Origin: Elusimicrobiota bacterium
GTDB taxonomy: Bacteria > Elusimicrobiota > Elusimicrobia > UBA1565 > UBA9628
Length of the DNA: 64,000 nucleotides
Direction of reading: 5' to 3'
Assembly: GCA_016207665.1 (NCBI GenBank)
Contig: JACQPG010000115.1
Location: forward strand, 26,696-90,695
Position 1 is the first letter of the stretch, and every line of letters starts with the position of its first letter. The notes beneath the pieces were generated by a model. The model was not told the DNA's origin, did not search any database, and saw only the letters and a program-made list of their open reading frames with translations. Shown piece after piece: positions 58,182-64,000 of this stretch. Both the position numbers and the translations under genes were made by a program.

Positions 58182-59069
58182 TCATAAGCATAGTATCCTC
58201 AGGAATTCTTCGTAGCGCTTGGCCGTTCCTTGGATCACGTCCTGGGGAAGGGCGGGAGCGGGCGGGTTCTTGTCCCACCCGATCTTCTCGAGATGGTCCC
58301 GGACATACTGCTTGTCGAAACTGGGGGGCGAGGAGCCCGGCTTGTAGGCGGCCAAGGGCCAAAGCCTCGAGGAATCGGGCGTGAGCATCTCATCGATGAC
58401 GATCAGGCGGCCGTCCAGCAGGCCGAACTCGAATTTCGTGTCGGCCAGGATGATGCCGCGCTCCTTGAGGAAATCCGAGGCGAAGCCGTAAAGGGCCAGG
58501 CTCAAGCGCTCGAGCTCCTTGGCCTGGGCCGGGCCTACCGCCGCGGCCAACTGCTCGCGGGAGATGTTCTCGTCATGGCCCGAGTCCGACTTGGTGGCCG
58601 GGGTGAATATGGGCCGGGGAAGCCTCGAGGCCTCGACCAATCCCTGGGGCAGCGCGTGGCCGCAGACCGAGCCCGTGCGCCGGTATTCCTTCCAGCCCGA
58701 GCCCGCCAGATAGCCCCGCACCACGCATTCCGCGTCGATGCGCCGCGCCTTCTTGACCAGCATGGCGCGACCCTCGTAGTCGGGGCCGAGGCCGGCCAGC
58801 TTGGGCTCGAGGCGCTTGATCTCGGAGAGATCCGCCGAGATCATGTGATTGGGCGTCAGGGACGCCGTCTTGGCGAACCACCAGGCGCTGACCTGGGTCA
58901 AGATCTTGCCCTTGTCCGGTATCGGGCTGGGCAATATATGATCGAAAGCGGAAAGCCTGTCGGTGGAGACCACGAGCAGCCGCTCGCCCAGCTCGTAGAC
59001 GTCGCGGACCTTGCCGCGCCGCCACAGCTTGAGCCCCGGGATGCTAGACTCGGTCAGCAAAGCGTTCAT
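58182..59069 (-). CDS. purC: SAICAR synthetase
   Basis: Internal ATG (MNALLTES; ATGA overlap with the guaA stop; alternative ATG 59075). GKVRDVY..LVVSTDRLSAFD..DTKFEFG. Confidence 0.92.
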   Translation of the reverse strand: MNALLTESSIPGLKLWRRGKVRDVYELGERLLVVSTDRLSAFDHILPSPIPDKGKILTQVSAWWFAKTASLTPNHMISADLSEIKRLEPKLAGLGPDYEGRAMLVKKARRIDAECVVRGYLAGSGWKEYRRTGSVCGHALPQGLVEASRLPRPIFTPATKSDSGHDENISREQLAAAVGPAQAKELERLSLALYGFASDFLKERGIILADTKFEFGLLDGRLIVIDEMLTPDSSRLWPLAAYKPGSSPPSFDKQYVRDHLEKIGWDKNPPAPALPQDVIQGTAKRYEEFLRILCL

Positions 59070-60634
59070 TCCCATTCGATGGTGGCCGGCGGTTTCGAGC
59101 TGATATCGTAGGCCACTCGATTGACGCCCTTCACCTCGGAGACGATGCGTCCCGAGACCTTCTGGAGCAGCTGCGCCGGAAGCCTCGACCAATCCGCGGT
59201 CATCCCATCGCGGCTGTCGACCGAGCGCAGCACCACCGTGCTCTCGTAGCTGCGCGCGTCTCCCATGACGCCCACGGACTTGACCGGCAAGAGCACCGCG
59301 AAGGCCTGCCAAACCTTGTCATACCAGCCGGATCGATGCAGCTCCTCGCGGAAGATGAGATCCACGGCTCGCAGCATCCTGAGGCGCTCCTTGGTGAGCG
59401 TCCCGATCACGCGTATGGCCAGTCCCGGCCCGGGGAAGGGATGGGCCCCTAAAATCTCGCGAGGCAGGCCCATCTCCGCTCCTAATCTCCGGACCTCGTC
59501 CTTAAAAAGGAAGCGGAGCGGCTCGACCAGCTTCAGGCGCATGCGCTTGGGCAGGCCTCCCACGTTATGGTGGCTCTTGATGACAGCCGATGGCCCATGC
59601 ACCGACACGGACTCGATCACGTCCGGATAGAGCGTGCCTTGGGCGAGGAAGTCCACGCCCTTGAGCCTCTTGGCCTGCTTCTCGAACACCTCGATGAAGG
59701 TCTTGCCGATGATCTTGCGCTTGCGCTCCGGGTCCGATACCCGGGCGAGCCGGCCGAGGAAGAGCTTCGAGGCGTCGACGACCTTGATGTTGAGTCCCAG
59801 GGCCTGGCCCAAGGAGCCCTCCACCCTTTCCCTGTCGCCCTCGCGCAGCAGTCCCGTATCGACGAAGAGGCAGTGCAGGCGGCGGCCGATCGCCCTGTGT
59901 ATGAGGGCGGCCGCGACCGAGCTGTCCACGCCTCCCGAAAGCGCGCAGACCACCGAGCCCTGGCCCACTTGGTCGCGTATCGCGGAGATCTGGCGCTCCA
60001 GCAGCGAGGCCATGGTCCAGCGATCGTGGACCCGGCAGATGCGCCGGGCGAAATTCTCGAGTACGCGCCCGCCCTCGGGGGTATGCGCCACCTCGGGATG
60101 GAATTGCACCCCGTACCAACCGCGCGACTCGTCGGCGATCGCCGCGTAAGGGGCGGTCTCGGTCTTGGCCAGGACCTTGAAGCCGTTATGGAGCCGCTCC
60201 GCGCCGTCGCCGTGGCTCATCCAGACCTGAAGGCTGCCGGGAAGGGCCTCGAAAAGGGCGTTGGGCTCGAGCACGGTCAGCGCCGCGTGCCCGTACTCCC
60301 GGGTCCTGGAGGCGCGGACCTTTCCGCCGTGAAGCGCGACCATCAGCTGCATCCCGTAGCAGATGCCGAGCACGGGCAGGCCCAGCTCGAACACCGCGGG
60401 ATCCGGACGGGGGGAGCCGCTGCGATGCACGCTGTCCGGTCCGCCCGAGAGTATCAGCCCGCGCGGAGCCTTGGCCCTGATCTGGGAGATCGGCGTCGAA
60501 TAGGGCAGTATCTCGGCGTAGACCTCCAGCTCGCGCAGCCGGCGGGCGATGAGCTGCGTGTATTGGCTGCCGAAGTCCAGTATCAGCACGCCGTTAGACA
60601 ACGAGCTCGGGGCGGCCGTGGACCCGCTCATCAC
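59066..60634 (-). CDS. guaA: GMP synthase (glutamine-hydrolysing)
   Basis: 522 aa (GTG 60634 or ATG 60631). GATase GICYGMQ, ATP-PPase SGGVDSSV, and a C-terminal ..PPATIEWE. Confidence 0.95.
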   Translation of the reverse strand: MMSGSTAAPSSLSNGVLILDFGSQYTQLIARRLRELEVYAEILPYSTPISQIRAKAPRGLILSGGPDSVHRSGSPRPDPAVFELGLPVLGICYGMQLMVALHGGKVRASRTREYGHAALTVLEPNALFEALPGSLQVWMSHGDGAERLHNGFKVLAKTETAPYAAIADESRGWYGVQFHPEVAHTPEGGRVLENFARRICRVHDRWTMASLLERQISAIRDQVGQGSVVCALSGGVDSSVAAALIHRAIGRRLHCLFVDTGLLREGDRERVEGSLGQALGLNIKVVDASKLFLGRLARVSDPERKRKIIGKTFIEVFEKQAKRLKGVDFLAQGTLYPDVIESVSVHGPSAVIKSHHNVGGLPKRMRLKLVEPLRFLFKDEVRRLGAEMGLPREILGAHPFPGPGLAIRVIGTLTKERLRMLRAVDLIFREELHRSGWYDKVWQAFAVLLPVKSVGVMGDARSYESTVVLRSVDSRDGMTADWSRLPAQLLQKVSGRIVSEVKGVNRVAYDISSKPPATIEWE

Positions 60635-61794
60635 TACTTCCCCATGCCGATCCGCTGGGCTTTCTGGAAGAGCTTGCCTTCCGTCTTGATCGATGGGGCG
60701 ATGATGATTTCCGTGGTCTGGAACTCGCGTATGGTCGAGGCGCCCACCGAGCCCATGCAGGTGCGCAGCGCGCCCACCAGGTTCTGGCTGCCGTCGTCGG
60801 TGCGCGAGGGTCCGTAAAGTATCTCCTCAAGAGTTCCCGCCACTCCCACGTGTATGCGCGTGCCGCGCGGGAGATTCTGATGAGGCGTGGCCATTCCCCA
60901 ATGATAGCCCCGGCCTGGGGCCTCCTTGGTGCGGGCGAAGGCCGAGCCCACCATGACGCCGTCCGAGCCGCAGGCGATGGCCTTGCAGATGTCGCCGCCC
61001 GTGGACATGCCCCCATCCGTGATGATCGGCACGTAGCGGCCGGTCCTCTTGTAATGGAAATCGCGGGCGGCCGCGCAGTCGACCGTCGCGGTCACCTGCG
61101 GCACTCCCAACCCGAGCACGCCGCGCGTGGTGCAGGCCGCTCCGGGGCCCACGCCCACGAGCAGTCCGGAGATGCCGTTGTCCATGAGCTCCAAGGCGAC
61201 CCCATAGGTCACGCAATTGCCGACGATCACGGGTATCTTCATCCGCTTGCAAAACGGCCCTATGTCGAAGGGCTTGTACCTGGTGGCCTTGTGCCTGACC
61301 GTGGTCACGGTGGACTGGACGACGAAGATGTCGCAGCCGGCCTCTTGGGCGACCGGGCCGTATTTATCGGCGTTCTGCGGTATGGTGGAGACGGCGCAGG
61401 GCACCTTGGAGTCCTTGATCTCCTTGACGCGCTCGGCGATGAGCTCCTCCTTGACCGGCTCGCGATAGACCTCCTGCACGAGCTTGGTGGCCTCCTCCGG
61501 CCCCGCTCCGGCGATCTGCGCGACCACCTCTCGAGGCTTCTTGTAGCGGGTGTTGATCCCGTCGAGATTGAGCACTCCCAGCCCGCCGAGCTTGCCCATG
61601 GCGATGGCGAAGGGCACGTCCACGACCCCGTCCATCGCCGAGGCGAGGAACGGTATCTCCAGCTTGATGCGTCCGAAGCTCAGGCTCGTGTCGACTTCAT
61701 CAGGGTTGACCGTGACTTCGCCGGGCACGAGCGCGATCTCGTCGAACCCGTAGGCTCGTCGGGCTTCTCGATCGCGGCCTATGAAAAACGCCAT
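60634..61794 (-). CDS. IMP dehydrogenase-family protein without a CBS insert (GuaB3-like)
   Basis: 386 aa. FDEIALVPG..PFLASAMD..TIM-barrel pattern VGVGPGAACTTR and GGMSTGGDICKAIACGSD. No CBS pair; shorter than canonical GuaB. Confidence 0.8.
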   Translation of the reverse strand: MAFFIGRDREARRAYGFDEIALVPGEVTVNPDEVDTSLSFGRIKLEIPFLASAMDGVVDVPFAIAMGKLGGLGVLNLDGINTRYKKPREVVAQIAGAGPEEATKLVQEVYREPVKEELIAERVKEIKDSKVPCAVSTIPQNADKYGPVAQEAGCDIFVVQSTVTTVRHKATRYKPFDIGPFCKRMKIPVIVGNCVTYGVALELMDNGISGLLVGVGPGAACTTRGVLGLGVPQVTATVDCAAARDFHYKRTGRYVPIITDGGMSTGGDICKAIACGSDGVMVGSAFARTKEAPGRGYHWGMATPHQNLPRGTRIHVGVAGTLEEILYGPSRTDDGSQNLVGALRTCMGSVGASTIREFQTTEIIIAPSIKTEGKLFQKAQRIGMGK

Positions 61795-61798
61795 TCAA

Positions 61799-63226
61799 CT
61801 ACCTCCCGGGCGGCGTGGGATTTGCCGAATTTGTGAATGATATTGTACCAAATTGCGAAAGCCCTCGGAATCGGGCCCTCATGGGCGCCTCGCTTCTCGG
61901 CGAAGGGGGTTGTCTTCCGATGTGAGCGATGGCGCCTATGCCTGATAGCGAGATCGAATCTACGGGGACACCCCGGCGCCGCAAGGTCACGGCATGGGCC
62001 AACTCGTGCGCCAGCAGCGAGGCCAAAATCCCGCCTGATAAGAGAAGGCCATGCAGCCCGGCGCCGGGCAGGCCCCTGAACTGGGCCGTGAAAAGGTTGA
62101 TCGAGAGGAAGGCGGGAAGCGCGAAGCTCCAATGTGTCGTCAGAGGGAATCCGAGCAAGCTCAATCCCGGGCTTGGTTGGGCCGGGGAAGCGAAGCTCTG
62201 GAACCAGTCGGAGACCCTCGCGTGTTCCCCGGAGAGCGGATGCTCCGGCGCCAAGCGTATGCTAAAGTGGGGAATTCCCGCCGCCACGCCGAGCGCCATC
62301 CTCGCCTGGCCCTCGGGAAGCAGGGCCAATAGCCTGGCTCCCGTCGTCGCCGCGAGCGCGGCGGCCATGTCGGTCCACTCGCGCCGGCCGCCGAGCGCGG
62401 GGATGAAGCGTTTCGGTCCGAATGAGGAGATGATGCCTCGATAGTCCTTGAGGACGATGCCGGCCAGGCTTTCGGGCGTCGCGCCCAGGCGCTCGAGCCG
62501 GGCTTCGGCGGATCGGAAATAACGCTCGAACACGAGGCCTCCGGCCCAGGCATTCCGCCCTTCTCTTCCCGCTTGAGCCAGCTTCCAAGCCCCATCCTTG
62601 AGCAACTCGATCTCGGCCCGCATGGCCTCGGCCTGGGACGCGCGCTTCTCTTCGCCCTCGAGTAGGCGGCGAGTCCTATCCAGCTCTCGTCCCAATTTCG
62701 TGGCGCGGAACTCGGCCAAGCTCGAGCTCAGATGCGTTAAGAACGGGCGGGACAAATAAGCCCGCGCGGCCAGTATCTCGTCGAGCCGGCCGAGATCGCG
62801 AGGGCTTGTTTCGGGACCGAGCTGTCCGATGAGCGACGAGCCCTCGCCTTCAAGGGCGGTCGAGGCCTCGAAAACCGCCTCCGCCAGCTTCTCGATCTGA
62901 GCCGCCTCGTCGAGGGCCTGGAAGGATTCAGGGTGATCTTTGAAATGAGATCCGAGATGGTGCTCGAAGGCGAGCATCGGCTCGATATTTCGCCCCAGGG
63001 AGTCGGCCGCGGCGATATCCCCGAGCACCGCCGCCAGGCGCGCGCCTCTGTCGTCGAGCAAGGGACGCGATTGCAGCAGCGGCAACAGCTCGCGGGACAC
63101 GGCGGCCCAGCCGGCGGAGGAGTTGCCGGCTCTCAGAGCCTTGGAGGCCGCGGCATAGGCGGCCGGGCCGGGTGAGGCCGCAAGCAGGGAAAATGCCAAC
63201 GGGATGGCGAGCGGCTTGCGGAGCAT
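61799..63226 (-). CDS. Secreted/membrane protein with a C-terminal M50-like HExxH segment (incomplete protease domain)
   Basis: 475 aa. Signal peptide MLRKPLAIPLAFSLLAASPGPAAYA and a long helical domain. The C-terminal TM region LLSGGILASLLAHELAHAVTLRRRGVPVDSISL resembles the first motif of site-2 (M50) proteases; no second motif occurs before the stop. Confidence 0.55.
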   Translation of the reverse strand: MLRKPLAIPLAFSLLAASPGPAAYAAASKALRAGNSSAGWAAVSRELLPLLQSRPLLDDRGARLAAVLGDIAAADSLGRNIEPMLAFEHHLGSHFKDHPESFQALDEAAQIEKLAEAVFEASTALEGEGSSLIGQLGPETSPRDLGRLDEILAARAYLSRPFLTHLSSSLAEFRATKLGRELDRTRRLLEGEEKRASQAEAMRAEIELLKDGAWKLAQAGREGRNAWAGGLVFERYFRSAEARLERLGATPESLAGIVLKDYRGIISSFGPKRFIPALGGRREWTDMAAALAATTGARLLALLPEGQARMALGVAAGIPHFSIRLAPEHPLSGEHARVSDWFQSFASPAQPSPGLSLLGFPLTTHWSFALPAFLSINLFTAQFRGLPGAGLHGLLLSGGILASLLAHELAHAVTLRRRGVPVDSISLSGIGAIAHIGRQPPSPRSEAPMRARFRGLSQFGTISFTNSANPTPPGR

Positions 63227-63313
63227 GATTTAGGGTAGCAGGAATACGCCGGCCACCGCCTGAGCCCTCCAGCCCAGCGCCGGTGGCCTTTGGGGCTAGG
63301 CCCTTGGGCCTAC

Positions 63314-63353
63314 TAAAAAGGAAAGAGGCCCACCCCGGCGGGGTGAGCCTCTT
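63314..63353 (-). terminator. Rho-independent terminator downstream of the YtxH genes
   Basis: Minus strand reads AAGAGGCtCACCCC-gcc-GGGGTGgGCCTCTT followed by TCCTTTTT, starting 21 nt after the stop at 63374. Confidence 0.65.
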
Positions 63354-63373
63354 GGACAGCTTGAGGAACCGGA

Positions 63374-63634
63374 TTAGGAGTATTTGCCGGTCTCGTAGAA
63401 GGGTTCCTTGCCGCCCTCCCCGCTCATCCGCTCCTTGGCATCCTCCACCTGCTCTTTGCCGCGGCGCAGCAACCTCTCGCTGCGCTCGCGCCCCTGCTGG
63501 AACAGTTCGCCGATCTGCGCCCGCAGATCGCGGCCCGGCTTGGTCGCCACCAACAGGCCGACGACGATGCCCGAGGCGAACACCAATAGATTCCCGATAC
63601 GGCTGCCGCCGTTGCTTTCTCTTGCCATTTCCAT
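63374..63634 (-). CDS. YtxH-domain protein
   Basis: Internal ATG (MEMARESNGGSRIGNLLVFASGIVVGLLVATKPGRDLRAQ) of ORF 63374..63856. YtxH pattern G..G...G.L.AP..G...R. Confidence 0.65.
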   Translation of the reverse strand: MEMARESNGGSRIGNLLVFASGIVVGLLVATKPGRDLRAQIGELFQQGRERSERLLRRGKEQVEDAKERMSGEGGKEPFYETGKYS

Positions 63635-63668
63635 CTTGATTCCCCCGTTCTGATTTTGCGGCCCACGC

Positions 63669-63875
63669 TCACGCGCCGGCCCTTCCGTGCTTGCGAGATC
63701 GTTTTCTTCCGTCGACCGCGAGATGATTCCCCTTGACCGCCCAGAGATTCTTGAGCTTGCCCGCCAGCAGATGGCGCATCTCCGGGCCCGACTGGGGCGA
63801 TAACAAGGCGCCGAACATCGCTCCGGCCATGAAATACAAAATCCCACCCGGCTCACGAGATGCGGCTTCTCTCAT
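63669..63875 (-). CDS. YtxH-domain protein (short)
   Basis: 68 aa. GGILYFMAGAMFGALLSPQSGPEMRHLLAGKL. GAGGGAGG Shine-Dalgarno upstream of ATG 63875. Confidence 0.55.
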   Translation of the reverse strand: MREAASREPGGILYFMAGAMFGALLSPQSGPEMRHLLAGKLKNLWAVKGNHLAVDGRKRSRKHGRAGA

Positions 63876-64000
63876 AGCTTCCTCCCTCAGTCGTCGCTTA
63901 GGCTATCAAATGGATGGTGTCGGGCCGATGGCGTATCGGTTCCTTTTTTGTGACCGAGGCTCGCCGCGTAAATGCCGCCCGCAGCCAGAGCGGCGGGCAG

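Overview
High-GC bacterial chromosomal segment, about two-thirds G+C by eye, densely coded. Many gene junctions overlap as ATGA or GTGA. All calls come from reading the supplied translations and sequence; no database search was possible.

Layout, left to right:
1. 1-6629: a kynurenine / 3-hydroxyanthranilate catabolic cluster. It holds kynU (partial), ACMSD, HAO, a RidA-type deaminase, an aldehyde dehydrogenase, kynB and a divergent hydratase/decarboxylase pair.
2. 6876-8555: small housekeeping genes.
3. 8615-15355: a translationally coupled operon, DUF971 - hybrid histidine kinase - GlcD/E fusion - GlcF - GAF/HD-GYP.
4. 15378-23349: tRNA-Gly, an SRPBCC protein, an MBL hydrolase, a SEC-C protein, a membrane histidine kinase, a CxxC-rich membrane protein and tRNA-Ser. 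An AT-rich islet follows, carrying a consensus promoter and a serpin-like gene split over three frames, then a nitroreductase.
5. 23369-33391: an M23 peptidase, two secreted WD40 proteins and a secreted heptad-repeat protein. Next is a ZnuABC-type operon (znuC frameshifted) with an outer-membrane barrel and an HExxH protein, then a solitary HNH endonuclease.
6. 33529-34665: a DUF748 gene interrupted by an in-frame stop.
7. 34672-61794: a roughly 27 kb single-strand supercluster merging pyrimidine, purine and guanylate biosynthesis. It includes a PurN-PurH fusion, a tandem PurS and three embedded non-pathway genes.
8. 61799-63875: an M50-like protein and two YtxH genes.

No rRNA, CRISPR array, transposase or integrase was seen.

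Most notable observations:
- the merged nucleotide supercluster and its fusions;
- the three-frame serpin-like locus;
- short tandem duplications at tRNA and gene ends;
- several promoters positioned for leaderless transcripts.
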